Below, one piece after another: positions 41,203 to 56,008 of a stretch of DNA of 64,000 nucleotides. Numbering within the stretch: position 1 is the first letter of the stretch; each line of letters begins with the position of its first letter. A program made the position numbers and the translations under genes. Source of the DNA: Octopus vulgaris (Eukaryota); NCBI GenBank assembly GCA_951406725.2, contig OX597818.1, positions 100,812,001 to 100,876,000 on the forward strand, in the 5' to 3' direction. The notes below the pieces were generated by a model that was not told the origin of the DNA, searched no databases, and saw nothing but the letters and a program-made list of their open reading frames with translations.

Positions 41203-42085
41203 CCTCCTTATCTCTTTCCTTTCCTGAGCGTTCAATAACACCATACTTGTTCCACGTCCTCGAGTTGTTGTGTTTTCTCTACATGTTTGGATTAACCATA
41301 ACCGGTTTTGTGCGGGTAGATCTTTGTTACGTGGCGGTCCAGCAAATGAAATCGACGTAATATGTTTGGCTGATTCGGTCGACTAAACTCGACTAACTCC
41401 AACATCGCCACAATCTAGCGAGTAAAGGTAGTCAAAGATAAAATATAGTGACAGGTAGAGGGAAACGATATCTCGCACATAAATCAATTAGAATTACGGT
41501 AAATATTGTTTATATTTTTACTTAGATTTATTAAACGCTCTGAGTATTTCACTTTCGTATAATTTAAAATAATTTGCCTGCATCCCATTTCAGTCGACGT
41601 AAATATTATAGATATAAGTACCGTTTTCAAATACACAGTATATTAAATGCGTATGCACCATATTTAATATTGGTGTGCAGCATGTTCGGAAATATCTACT
41701 ATTACTTATGATGAACCCAGAAATGATCCAAGTCACTGTGGTTTTGCATTAAAATCAATCGACCTTCCTTCTGTCAACACGTCTATTGAAGTATTTCATC
41801 TCCTTTACTTCCCTTGCTCATACTATCGTTCTCCACTTCGAAATTCGACAATTGCATGTATAAGTACAAATCATCTTTACGTAGTTTTTTCCACCTCCCT
41901 GAAATTACGTATAATAAATTCTTTAATATTAGAAATGGAGTGGACTAAATAGATTGGGTTCGCAACGAAACGCGAAATGAAAAGTTTCCCTTCCATGTAG
42001 AATAAGATACCAACATATCCCCTCTCAGGCAAGCTATATAATGTCTTGAAGTATGTAACCCAACGAATGAATTTTTAAAAATTAT

Positions 42086-42392
42086 TTATGTGCCATTTTC
42101 AAGCCTAGCCAGGCTCATGGCCCCGCTTTCCCGGTTTCTATGGCGTATATGCCCCCCCCCCCCCCCCAGCTGGACGGGACGCCAGTCCATTGCAGCGTTA
42201 CTTAAGAAACAGGAAGAACGTGTGAGAGAAAGTTGGGGCGAAAGAGTACAACAGGCTTCGCCACCCACATCCCCCTGTCAGAGCCTCGTGAGCTTTAGGT
42301 GTTTTTGCTCAATAAACACACACAACGCCCGGTCTGGGAATCGAAACCGTGCTCCTCTGACCGCGAGTCCGCTGCCATAACCACTGGGCCAG
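42086..42392 (-). mobile_element. SINE family A
   Basis: High similarity to 478-777. Confidence 0.9.
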
Positions 42393-43531
42393 TGAATGAT
42401 TATTAGGTATAATATGAAGATCATATATTACTCAAAGAATAAATGTAATAACATAAACTAATTGTGTTTTAGTAAATTGAGAAAGTACAGCATCATTCAT
42501 ACACTTCTATATTACTACTATCAATTCCTTAAAAGAAAGGGACAAGTGAAAGAATTTTGTCTTAACAAGTACTGTCTGACAATTACTTGCACCAACTGGA
42601 TCTTCATATTTCAGATTATAAAATATATATTAAAACAGGCATTATTTCATTAGTCGGAAATATTCATCTGTCTCCAGTATGACAGCTAGCACACTCAGGG
42701 GTTATAAAATATATATCGTTAATTCGAGACGGAGAATATTTTATTACACGTTTTCCGGGTTTATACTGCATTTTAAAGAAATTTGATTTTTTCTGAAGGA
42801 AAAATTCGCGTCTAGCTGACGACTTGTTTTTAAATGTTAACGAAATACGAACCAAGCTTTCCTTCAACCATGCACATGAAGAGAATAATATGTTTGTCAT
42901 TAAATAATGGAATGCAAAACATACTATACTGGAACACATCCTTAATGATTGCAGAAAAATTAAATGATATAAAATGGAATAGAATAAATATCCTCTATGT
43001 TTTGCATTAATTAAAACAATAGCGTCAACTATCATTTGGGTATAAGAACATGTGTTATTTCCTTTTCTAACATGTCTGGCACAACTCCAATGGGAAAAAA
43101 AAATTCGCATCCTAATTATTGTATTAAAGATGTTGAGTAATAATTAATTTTTTTTTCTTTTGGATTTGAAAGTTTTATTATTCTTTTGTACATGAAATAT
43201 TGCCGACATCCAAAATACATTATCATATAAATGATTAATAATTAGGGAAATCGACCCCAACAATTTTAAACTACACAGACTTTTACATAAACTAAATGTC
43301 GCCGGAAGTAAAATGTTGTAGAGAATGCAAATATATTCTATTTTTTTATAAAGTCAGATGCATGTTACACATAAAACAATCCACGCACACATATACAACT
43401 CTCTATCAGACACATACCCCATAATTACACACACCAGTGAACACATATCCCGTAACCACACACACACACAGACACACAAAAACAGAAACACAGACATACA
43501 GACTGACACACGAAAAATATGAGGTAATTCT

Positions 43532-43743
43532 TATTTCTTTATTGCCCAGAACGGGCTAAACATAGAGGGGGCAAACAAGGACATACAAAGGGATTAAGTC
43601 GATTACATCGACTCCAGTGCGTAACTGGTACTTAATTTATCAAAGTCAACTTCGGCGGAATTTGATCTCAGAACGTAACGGCAGACGAAATACCGCTAAG
43701 CATATCGTCCAGCGGGCTAACGTTTCTGCCAGCTCGCCGCCTT
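43532..43743 (-). mobile_element. SINE family D
   Basis: Matches 20996-21231; ~23-bp imperfect TSD CACGAAAAATAYGAGSTAATTCT. Confidence 0.9.
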
Positions 43744-44145
43744 GCACGAAAAATACGAGCTAATTCTACCACGGGAGTGAACGAATTAAAATGCATGACC
43801 TCCATACATTAGGTATAAACTGGTACTATCTTATAATATTCCAAAATGAGACTATGATATAAAACATATTTGAACGTCTACGCGAAGTAATTGCCATCTT
43901 TGAGGATTTCCACTTCATGTAATGTCACAATTTCTATGATGTTTCGATATAATAAACTGGATTAGGTTCATTATGACAAAGGCCTGGCGAGATTAATTTG
44001 ACTACTGAAACATTGAAGATGAACGCCATATACAAACACGTACACACACATACACATAAACATTCACATGCACACATACATGAACGTACGCATACACGCC
44101 CATGGGCGTACATATACGACGATTTTCTACAATGTTTATATTGAT

Positions 44146-44305
44146 AAGGCGCATGAGTGGCGGTGTGGTAAGAACATTGCTTCCCAAACATGTGGTTCAG
44201 GGTTCTGTACCATTGCCTTGCATCTTCGTCAGGCGTCTTCTACTATAGACGCAGGCCGACCGAAGCCTTGTAAGTGGATTTAGTAGACGGAAACTGAAAT
44301 GAAAC

Positions 44306-44338
<33 letters not shown>

Positions 44339-44440
44339 CGTATTTGTGTGTTTGTGTCTGTCCGTGCACCCACAATCACTTGAAAACCGATGTTAGTGTG
44401 TTTAAGTTCCCGTATCTTATAAGACAAAAGGGCTATTAGA
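44146..44440 (+). mobile_element. SINE family C
   Basis: GGCGCATGAGTGGCGGTGTGGTAAG...GACGGAAACTGAAA, then microsatellite, then GTGTTTGTGTCTG tail. Confidence 0.85.
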
Positions 44441-44629
44441 ATGAGCGTTATATAAGGGAGAAAAACCGAAGGGGTGAAAATAAAAAGTAAGAAAGTAACA
44501 ATGCTCATAGAAATCGCGTATGCGCACCTGTACATACATATATTTGCGCGCATACACACCCACGTCCAATAAGCACATGCACACTCACACTCGCGTGAAA
44601 CACATACGTCCACACCCATATATATCCAC

Positions 44630-44985
<356 letters not shown>

Positions 44986-45354
44986 CGCACACGTAGATGT
45001 CCGCGCACACACGTGCACATAACAAGTAAATTCAAATTCACGTCTAAATACGCACTTGCTATATATGCATATGCTCACTCGCACTGCTCTGTAGCCGATA
45101 CAACCTAGAGCATAAAACGGCGTTCGAATCCACCATATTGCCTGAATTAGCCTATAAACTGAATAAATTCCCATTAACCAATAAGTACCACCCATACCCA
45201 GGTGTTCCGAAGCCTCTGTAATTATCAGGCAGGTGTCTGAATGATAAGCGCTACTCCTGCCCCTCATGCGAAAATTAAGAAAGGTTTCACAGTTTTTATA
45301 AAAATTATTGCTCTAAAATATAGAGTATAATTTCGTTGTGCATAAAACCAAACT

Positions 45355-45444
<90 letters not shown>

Positions 45445-46835
45445 GTATATATATATATATATATATATGCATTATATATATACGTATATATATGTATATA
45501 TATATATGTATATATATATATACATTATATGTATATATGTATATATACACACACACACATCAACACTCACACACACGTTCTCACTCTCTCTCTATTTTAC
45601 ACACACGATATGGATGCATGTAGTCTATCGCGCGTGTGTATGTGTGTATGTGGGCGCGTGTGTTGGTATTTCTCGAAATACAGAGATAATATATTTTGGG
45701 TGCATGCACCATACAGCGTAAAGTGATATAAAGTAAGTGTATAGAAAGTAGATAAATATATATTTATATTCCATAAATATACGTCTGTTATAGGTTATAT
45801 TTCTACGAATATAACACATGCCACAAACATACACACAGGGTGAGACGCGCAAAAGAATACTTCTAATCCAAAGAAAAACTCTTAATTTTTCATTTAATCA
45901 GAGGAATTATTCACAACGTACACACCTATCAAATCACAGCAGGTCATTTTCAAAGCATATTCTAAGGTCATTCAACACAATTCACACACGCATACATACA
46001 CACACGCACACGCTCACACACACACACACAAACAGCTGGACATAAAACCCATTCAATAAATGATTTTTAGCCTCTAAATTGACAGGAACACAAATATTTG
46101 TTTTATACAATAGACACCCCTTATCTCACACCCTAAAACTTTGAACTCTGCACCAAAACATATTTAAAGAAGACTTCAACGAAAAAATCTTCAGATATGA
46201 AGACAGACAGAAGACAGACCAGAAGACCAAACAGAAGACAGACCGTTTTTACTTCAAATTTTCAAAATTTTTATAAATTATTACTGATATATGATAAGAT
46301 GAAACATATCGAAACCGGTAATATTTATTGTTTTATTTATATAATCTTTTATTAAATTCCCTCTTAAACTGAAATGTCTTAGACTTAATTCTGTGCTATC
46401 TCCACCTCAATCTATTTTATATATGAAAATTAGATTTGTATAGATCTCTAATCATTTTTTTCAACTATATATGTATATATATATATATATATATATAAAC
46501 ACTAAGCAGGAGAGAAAACAAATTCAAAGATCGATGTATATATTCATTAAATCCATATTAACGAAATTCTCCATGGTATAAAAAGTACATAAATAGATGG
46601 ATTCATCTATATGATATATAAAAGATTTCAGCGAATTTATAAATACATACATATACACCTAAGTTTATAAATGTTTAAAAATTCATAGACGTATAAAATT
46701 TATAAGCACATAAAAATCCATAAATATAAATATATGAAAATATTTATCCATAAATGAACCATGGAAGTCCAAATGAGCGGATGTAAAATTATTCATAAAG
46801 AGTCTATATACATATACATATACATACATGCACAC

Positions 46836-46938
<103 letters not shown>

Positions 46939-47129
46939 AATATATATATATATATATACTGAAGAATATATAGAAGGAAAGGAAGAAAAATAAATTGTAT
47001 GACTTTCTCGAGTGCCTTATTAAGAGATGTTCTGACAACTACTAATTAATGGTATCAACACTGTAACATCTGTAGCATCGTCATTTGATCATTAATTTAC
47101 AAATTGTAAATTTAGGAGGGTTATAATTA

Positions 47130-47283
47130 TAGTAAGTAGTTTGCTTACGAAAAACATGGTTCCGAGTTCAAACCCACTGCGTGGCACCTTGGGCGAGTGT
47201 CTTCTACTATAGCCTCGGTCCTACCAAAGCCTTGTGAATGGATTTGGTAAACGGAAACTGAAAGCCCGTCGCATATGTGCATA

Positions 47284-47324
<41 letters not shown>

Positions 47325-47470
47325 CTGTTCGGCCAAAGGGACTGATATAATAAGTACTAGCCTTACGAAAAATAAGTCCTTGGGTCGATGTGCTCGACAA
47401 AAGGCGGTGCTCCAGTACGGCTACAGTCAAATGACTGAAACAAGTAAGAGAGTAAAAGAGTAAAAAGAGA
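47130..47470 (+). mobile_element. SINE family C
   Basis: Head, central (TA)n, tail ...GGCGGTGCTCCAG...GAAACAAGTAAGAGAGTAAAAGAG. Confidence 0.9.
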
Positions 47471-47749
47471 GAGTTGCCTCATATTCGTATATGATATTCT
47501 GTATAACAATTGAAGGGGCATCAGCGGCAAGAACTACTTTAAACAGTCCCTTTGATATACTTCGTTAAGTGCAATTCTTAATATGGCTGATATATTTAGC
47601 GATTATAAAGATAAGAGATTGATCCCATTTCTATGACAACGTGCAGATAAATACATTTTAATTGCGACATAATGATCTAATTATTTACTGATTTCAATGA
47701 ACTAAATAACTACAACAACGATGACTACGATGACGACAGTTACAACAAC

Positions 47750-47981
<232 letters not shown>

Positions 47982-48049
47982 TAAACGTTTGCATGACCAA
48001 TTTTAGAAAGCCTCTAAAGATGTATGCAGGACAAAATACTTGGCTATTT

Positions 48050-48790
48050 AAAAAAGGGAGGGGGTGCAATTGAAAAAGAAACTGAGAGCCTCATTATAGA
48101 AGCCATAAGACAAGGATTTTAAGGAAATATATATTTGGAGTAATTGAAGAAAAATATATATTTGGAGAGATGTGTCAGAAAAGTATTGAGCGTATGGAAC
48201 TTGGAACGTTAGAGTTGCACACATGGACGAATGACTCTACTTGGCACAGGAATAATATAGGAAATGGAGTCACGACCCGGTTGTAAAAGTTTTACACTGG
48301 AAGCTGTACCAGAAATGGGGATTTGAAGCTGGAAAAACATGATACAATCATCTAGTTGAAATAGTATTATAGTCGGAGAAATGTAAGATTTTGTGAGACT
48401 TTCCAATTCAAACCGACAAGAAATTAGATAACAATAGACCAGATATTACAATAATAGAAAAGGAAAGCGAATTTCCTTACTTACCGATACATCATGTCCA
48501 TTTGATTCCAGGATCATAAAGAAAGCGGTACGAAAAATATAATACAATTCCACAAAATTTGAAATAGGAACAATTTGGAAGATGCGAACAGTAAAGGTCG
48601 AGCATATAATAATTGATGGGCTGGGAACAGTAAATCAAAATATAGACCAGTGGCTGAGGGAGATTGAAATAAAATGCCCAGTAGAGCTCCTACAAAAATT
48701 TGTTTCTTAAGAACATGAATGTATACTGTGAGTTTCTTTGTCCTACGTGTCTGGAAGTCACTCGGCAAGAAATGGAAACAAAACCGAGAG
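48050..48790 (+). pseudogene. Degenerate R4/Dong-like LINE C-terminus (restriction-like endonuclease)
   Basis: KIL*DFPIQTDKKLDNNRPDITII...DTSCPFDSRI (RPD motif). Confidence 0.75.
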
Positions 48791-49582
48791 AAGAAAACCT
48801 CATTACAATAAAAGTGTTAAAAATAAAACCAACAATTAAAATATTAGTAGTAATTAATTAAATTTATATCGTGATAGATGATATGTTTATATTTATTTTA
48901 TTTTCTTCTGTTTTTGCTGTGATATCCATTGCGAGTTTCGTATTAATAAGGAATAAACTACAAATACATTCCGAATCACCACCACCAGTTTCGTTGGTTA
49001 ATTAGTTTTCATATCGTAAACTTGGTAATATGATTTAGCTGGCAGCTGTCAGTTGATTTAGGGTAATTAGAAGATACATGTTTGAGCTGGTCAGATTAAG
49101 TAATGGCATCAACAGAACGCGCTCAATTTCCGTTTAATTAAATCAGAGCGGACACGACAAAATTGGTCTCACAATAGAAATAATACTAGTTACAATAACA
49201 TCATCACTAGCATCATAAACAAAAACTAGAGTAGCAAACATTTCTAATTATCAATTCGACTAAAGTAAGAAAGCCATCGACAGGAAAACTTTCAATAAAA
49301 ACAACTATACCAGTAACAATAGAATCGATAGCTTTAATAAAAACTAAAACCATGAGAGACAATGGTAATAATTACAAATCGAGCAGGCGTAGTCGTCTAG
49401 AGCGACTTTCGGAATGATGGTAGCAACAACTAGAAGAAATAAAAGTATTAGAAAATTTAGGTTGCCCCTGTTATTTTTCTTGATATTGTTACAAAAACAT
49501 TTTAAAGTATTAACAAGTGAAACTGAATTCGTAATAATAGTTGCTAACGTTATAGCTTCACAACAACTGTTGCTGCTGCTGC

Positions 49583-49689
<107 letters not shown>

Positions 49690-49768
49690 CTGTTGTTGTT
49701 GTCGTCGTCGTTGTTGTTGTTATTGTTGATATTATTAGTATTATCATTATTTTTATTATTATTATTAC

Positions 49769-49799
<31 letters not shown>

Positions 49800-49809
49800 T
49801 TATGTTTTT

Positions 49810-50370
49810 TATTGAGTGAGAGAGCAGTGCATGACATCAAAGTGACATTGGGGTAAAATACACGAAGTCCAGTATACCCATCATGACTACCCGTCTGTAA
49901 GAGTACACTAGGCAGATGCATCACAACCATATCTGCGCAACATGGTGATCTCATATCACGATAAACAGCGCATGACCTTGCAGATGGGGCCCAGTTAGAA
50001 TTTTCTTCAGGTCGAGTAGCCCATCTTGCTCAAAAGGTCCCTGAAAAAGGTTTCTTTAAGGATGTTGAACGAAACACCTATGCTTGCAAATGTGAATTAT
50101 TCAAACCCCAAAGAATCCCTCTCAATACACGGCTATGATGCTCCTCCACTACTTGTGCTCGTGATCAGAGATGCACATATCATCAGCCACCAAGGGACAT
50201 GCTCAACTGGTTAAGGTCAAACAACTGACAAGCAAATCTGTGATATTGGGCAGAATATTTGCTGTAGCCCATCTTTTATACCAAGACAAAACAATGTACA
50301 TGGTTACACTTCCAATCAGTTCAGATCAGAAGCCCCGAGTGTCACTGCCTGGTACTGCATCTGGGCCTTT
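49810..50370 (-). mobile_element. Non-coding interspersed repeat embedded in (TAA)n
   Basis: Flanked by (TTA)n on both sides; partial second copy at 19460. Confidence 0.65.
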
Positions 50371-50459
50371 AATTGTTGTTGTTGTTATTGTTATTATTAT
50401 TAATATTATTATTATTATTAATATTATTATTATTATTATTATTATTATTACTTTTTTTT

Positions 50460-50940
50460 CGCCAATGAGATGAAATCGAGTCTCCTTGGAAAATGGCGCA
50501 GTTAATATTAATATTTTTATGGTCAACACACAAGCAGAGTGGTATAATTGGAAATTCATATTCCACATTGACATTTTGCTTCAGGAAGCTTGAAATCACG
50601 GGAGAAATTTTGAAGATATCCAGCGATTTCAAGATCCATGAATGCGGTATGCTGTCGAAGGATTTTTATAATCAATCCATGCAGAACTGAGCTTTCTGTG
50701 TTTGTTATGACTGTTCTCAAGGATCATGCGATTGATTAAGAGATGGCCTTTGCATCCATATGAGCCTTGTCGGCACCTTTTTTGTTCAGTGGGGAAAATA
50801 TAGTTCTGTTTGATAAATTTGCATGTTTTCTCCACGAGGACGGATGTTAAAATTTTCTACCCGTTAGATAAACATTTTATGGGCCAATAGTTTTGGGGAA
50901 ATTTGCATTCTTTATTCTTCAGGAGTAGGTAAGTAACATG
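50460..50940 (-). pseudogene. R4/Dong-like LINE RT fragment
   Basis: PQNYWPIKCL...FPTEQKRCRQGSYGCKGHLLIN...AWIDYK...IFQGDSIS, homologous to 63840-64000. Confidence 0.88.
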
Positions 50941-51062
50941 CACTGGGGGGGGGGGGAGATGTAGTCGACTTAAGTCCGCGCAAAGCTGCCCTTGTAGCAA
51001 AAATTCGACATCATCATCATTATTATTATTGTTATTATTATCATCAGCATTACTACTACTAC

Positions 51063-51118
<56 letters not shown>

Positions 51119-51869
51119 TTGCTATTGTTGTTGTCTTTTGTTGCGACGGCGAAGTCGGACAGCCAATTAGAAGATTCTTTAGAGCCGGTTAAAATCCTTA
51201 GAGGCTTTTCGCCCGCCAACATTCACTTTCATCCAATGATTGGTATCGTTGCAAACGACGTATCGCTGCCTCCCTGAAATTGCTGGCCTCGATCCAAAAT
51301 TTGAAAACATTATTATGGTTGTAGTAATATCCGAAGTTGTTGAAATATTAGATGCAACAGCAGTATTAGCAGCAGCTGTAATAGTACCAACGCAAAAGGT
51401 CGACAAGGGTTGTACTTAATTTTATCTCATAAGTTGAATAAGAACGTTAATAATATTATATCCGCTTCTCCTCGCAAACAAAAACTGTGTCTTTATTATA
51501 ACCCGGTCAATTAAATCACATTAATTATATGTAATTATTGTATGATTAAGCGAGGTAGATATCCATTGTAAACTACTTGAAGCTCGTATAATCCAGAAAA
51601 AGTTATGCATGCAAACACTGGCTTGTCAACATAGAAGTACATACGAACGTATTTACTCACAGGAACTTACATATGTGTGCTGGTGTGTCTAAGTTACGCG
51701 AACAGAACAACACCCGATGTGCATATGTGTGTTTGTGTATATATGTACTTACAGAGAGAGAGAGGGGGAGTGTGCGTTTTCCTTTAACGGTGTTCCCTTA
51801 AAATAATTGACGCAGCACTAATATAGCTACAATGTAGATTCTATATGCACACAAAGACACAGTCCCTCG

Positions 51870-51911
<42 letters not shown>

Positions 51912-52025
51912 AAGTCAAAAAGAGACAGAGAGAGAGAGAGAAATAGATAGGCATGCAGGATTAGAAAGAGCGACAGAAAGAGAGGGAGATTGAGAGAGAG
52001 GGAGAAAGAAGGGATGTAAGAAATA

Positions 52026-52440
52026 AGAGTGGCTGTGTGGTAAGTAGTTTGCTTAACAGCTACTTGAATTGGGGTTCAGTCCCTCTGCGTGGCATCTAGG
52101 GAAAGCGTCTTCTGCTATAGCCCCAGGCCGATTAAGACCTTGTGAGTGGATTTGGTTGACGGAAACTGAAGGAAGCCCATCGTATATAATACATATATAC
52201 GTCTGTGTGTGTGCGTATGTGTGCGTGTGTGCGTGCGTGTGTGTGCGTATGTGCGTGTGCGTGTGTGTGTATGTCTGTGTGTTTGTGCTTTTGTGTTTGT
52301 GTTTGTCCCCCCACCATTGCTTCACAACCGATGGTGCTGTGTTTACATCCCTGTACCACAGCGGTTCGACCAAATAGACCGATATAATAAGTACTAGGCT
52401 TAGAAAGAAGAAGTCCCGGGTGCGATTTCTTCGACTGAAT
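52026..52440 (+). mobile_element. SINE family C
   Basis: Head GAGTGGCTGTGTGGTAAG, central (TG)n, tail interrupted by the family D copy. Confidence 0.9.
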
Positions 52441-52442
52441 AC

Positions 52443-52674
52443 CTATTTCTTTACTACCCACAAAGGGGCTAAATACAGAGAGGACAAACAAGGTCAGACA
52501 AACGGATCAAGTCGATTACATCGACCCCAGTGCGTAACTTGTACTTAATTTATCGACCTCGAAAGGATGAAAGGCAAAGTCGACCTCGGCGGAATTTGAA
52601 TTCAGAACGTAACAGCAGACGAAATACGGCTACGCATTTCGCTCGGCGTGCTAACATTTCTGCCAGCTCACCGC
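52443..52674 (-). mobile_element. SINE family D
   Basis: Matches 20996-21231 and 55374-55605. Confidence 0.9.
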
Positions 52675-52696
52675 TGTGTGATTTTGCGTTTGTGTG

Positions 52697-52753
<57 letters not shown>

Positions 52754-53087
52754 TGTGTGTGTGTGTCTGTGCGTGTGCGTGTGCGTGTGTCAGCATGTGT
52801 GTCCCCATGCCAGGATGTGTTTGTGAGTGCCAAATCTATAATACGTGCGAACCGATAATCTTTAATCATTTCCTAGTTTCAGTTATTAAACTGCAAAAAA
52901 TTTTTTTGTGAAATATGTTACTTATTCTATCTTTCTGTTTTGCCGACGCACTAAATTTCAGGGACGCAACGCACAGACACGGTGAATAAGGAACACAGAA
53001 AAAGACGCATACAAATATTAGGAGACGCAGAGAAAAATATAAAGAAACAAACGCACAATTATATGGAGACATACATAGACTGAAAGT

Positions 53088-53205
53088 CGACGAACTCCTT
53101 TCAGTTTCTGTCTACCAAACAAGGATTTGGTCAACCCGAACCTATGGTAGATGACACTTACCCGAGTTGGGATGTAAACTTCTCTACCACACCGCCACTG
53201 GTGCC
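53088..53205 (-). mobile_element. SINE family C head (degenerate)
   Basis: CTTTCAGTTTCTGTCTACCAAA...GACACTT...ACCACACCGCCAC. Confidence 0.65.
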
Positions 53206-53971
53206 CATGTTTGTACAAAAATATTGAGAAAGGGACGAACAGACGTTTATCTTATATTCGCTGCGTATGCTGCAATGTCATTATGTTGAAGAACTCACAC
53301 GGGCCCTCATATATCAGGTATTAAATTGTGTGAATGTGCGCAAATGTCACCTTTTTGAATCTAAATATATCACTGAAATCAAACACACCAGGGATGTATT
53401 TGGTGGAATTATATACGTAAATGAATATTACACTACAACAATTATATATCCAGCGGCGTTTAGTAGAATATTAACTCTCATTCAATCAAAAATATAATTA
53501 TATATAGGCATTGTCCGTATGAAATGATATGATTTCAGAATCCACGTAGGGATAACATAAACTGTGTTATGTAATTCCTTACTAATTGATTGATATATCT
53601 GAACACAAGGGATTAAATAAAATATTGTTCCTGTAAAATATGCTTTGGATAAATATTGTTTTGCTTTTGCTTATTTTAAACGAATATATTGAATTAACTT
53701 CGTAAATGAGAACATTGGAAGACGATGTGGTGTTTATATTACGCATTTCAAAGCTTGCTGGAAAATAGTGGTGAAATACGATTGAAATAATCTCGGATAT
53801 TATTATATACAAGAATATACACGGCATATATACACCTCGTTAAACAGGTAATATTTGTTCTTTATTTACTGCCATGGGCGTATAAGTTTATGTGCGCGCC
53901 TGTGTGTGTATATATACATATACATAGGGGTGTGTGCGTGTGTATATATGTGTGTGTGAGGTGTCTATATG

Positions 53972-54054
<83 letters not shown>

Positions 54055-54167
54055 CTGTGTGCATGTGTTTATAGATATATATTCACACGTAAATTTATTC
54101 ATCCATTCATTTATACATATACACACATACATACAAGCATGCATGCATGCATACATACATACATACA

Positions 54168-54199
<32 letters not shown>

Positions 54200-55371
54200 C
54201 AACTGCCCATTCAGCATAAAGGAATTTTTGACTCCTCAGTGATTTGGTCGCATACCTACCGTATATCTCCGCATGTTCATTGCTCAATATGGGATGTTAT
54301 TTGGTTTCTATTTTCCAAACCTTTACTAACATCCAACACATATAACCAGATTATTGAGTAAAGTATCCTGAATTAGCCTTCTGTTGATGAAACACAAAAG
54401 GATTTGCAGAGGAAACCATTTATTCCTGACCAAATCTGAAAGGACATGGTCGCAAAACATTACTATGAATCATCATGCAACGTCTCCTTCTGAATCGAGG
54501 TCTATGCGCAACGCTAAAACAGAGATTAGATTACTGTTACTGAATGTACACTATATATGTGTGGGTATGTGTGTAAACATACCTTCCTAAATGCATATGT
54601 TTCTGCAATACAGAATTGTCCTCCCCTGAATCCAGCAAAGTACACCAGCGCATTTGTTTTCCTCTCCTCGTCTAAAGTCAGTCTTCATTTCTCGTAATAG
54701 GCATTTTCAGCGTCTGTTGTAGAATTGCACACATTTTCTCACATATGAAAACCATTATCCTTCCCCGCCGCATCTGGCTTTCTCCAGACTTGAAACTCAC
54801 AGAGCCAACTTACATATCTTCAATTTCTTAATGCATATTTTTCACTAAGCTCAGTTTCGCCTCTCCCTCCTAACACATTCGAATATTTCCTTGAAAGACA
54901 CATATACAAACACAGACGCACAGTCTTTTACTTTTCACACATTATCACGCTTTGCATACAGTCACACACATAGACACAAACAGATACACACAAACATATG
55001 CATACAGGCTCGCAAGCACACACATTGTTTCAGGCGCACTCGCGCGCGCACACATTATCGCAAGCATATCCATAAATTTCTGAACAAAGGTTAGTATTCA
55101 CTTGGATATTAGCCATGCATATGAATAACTGAATGAATAAATAATAAGTGACTAAATGAAAACGGGTTATTAAGGTTAAGCAAAAGACTAAGCATTCAAA
55201 TATTTATATAAACATGAATCTTCAAGTAAACATGTAATTTTGTGTCAATTATGAATTAATGCAAATTCTGGGAACTTACAACCGAGAAAAACATTTTTCT
55301 GTTGTTTGCGCGATGATTTAACATAACGATTACAATTTTAGAGTAAAGTATTTTAGTGTAAAGCATTATAT

Positions 55372-55606
55372 ATATTTCTTTATTGCCCACAAGGGGCTAA
55401 ACATAGAGGGGACAAATAAGGACAGACAAAGGGATAAAGTCGATTACATCGACACCAGTGCGTAACTGGTACTTAATTTATCGACCATGAAAGGATGAAA
55501 GGCAAAGTCGACTTCGACGGAATTTGAACTCACAACGTAATGGCAGACGAAATACGACTACGCATTTCGCCCGGCGTGCTAACGTTTCTGCCAGCTCGCC
55601 GCCTTG
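55372..55606 (-). mobile_element. SINE family D, young copy
   Basis: Perfect 14-bp TSD GTAAAGCATTATAT at 55358-55371 and 55607-55620. Confidence 0.93.
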
Positions 55607-56008
55607 GTAAAGCATTATATAATGGCTTTGCATGTTCTGAATTTCAAGTCTGCCGATATTAAAATGAGATCCATTGTTATAAACAAGGATGTCTGTACTC
55701 CATGTCTCGCATCTTTACTATGTTGCTGAGATCAAATGATATAAATCATAATTGACAGTTTTTAATGGATGGTAAAACGTTTAAAATTAGGATATATATA
55801 TATATATTTAAGTAGGTGAATGAATTATCCTATGTTTATTGTCAGCATGGAAAATTCGTTTAACCGAAACCTGGGTAGCAAATTCACGTCAGAAAACACG
55901 GTTGAAGCGACCTGTCAAGGCTAGAAACTCCGGGTTCATGTGTAGAAATGTGTGTGTTGTATATGAATAAATGAAAGAATGTGGTCGAATGAAGATGTTA
56001 ACAAAATT

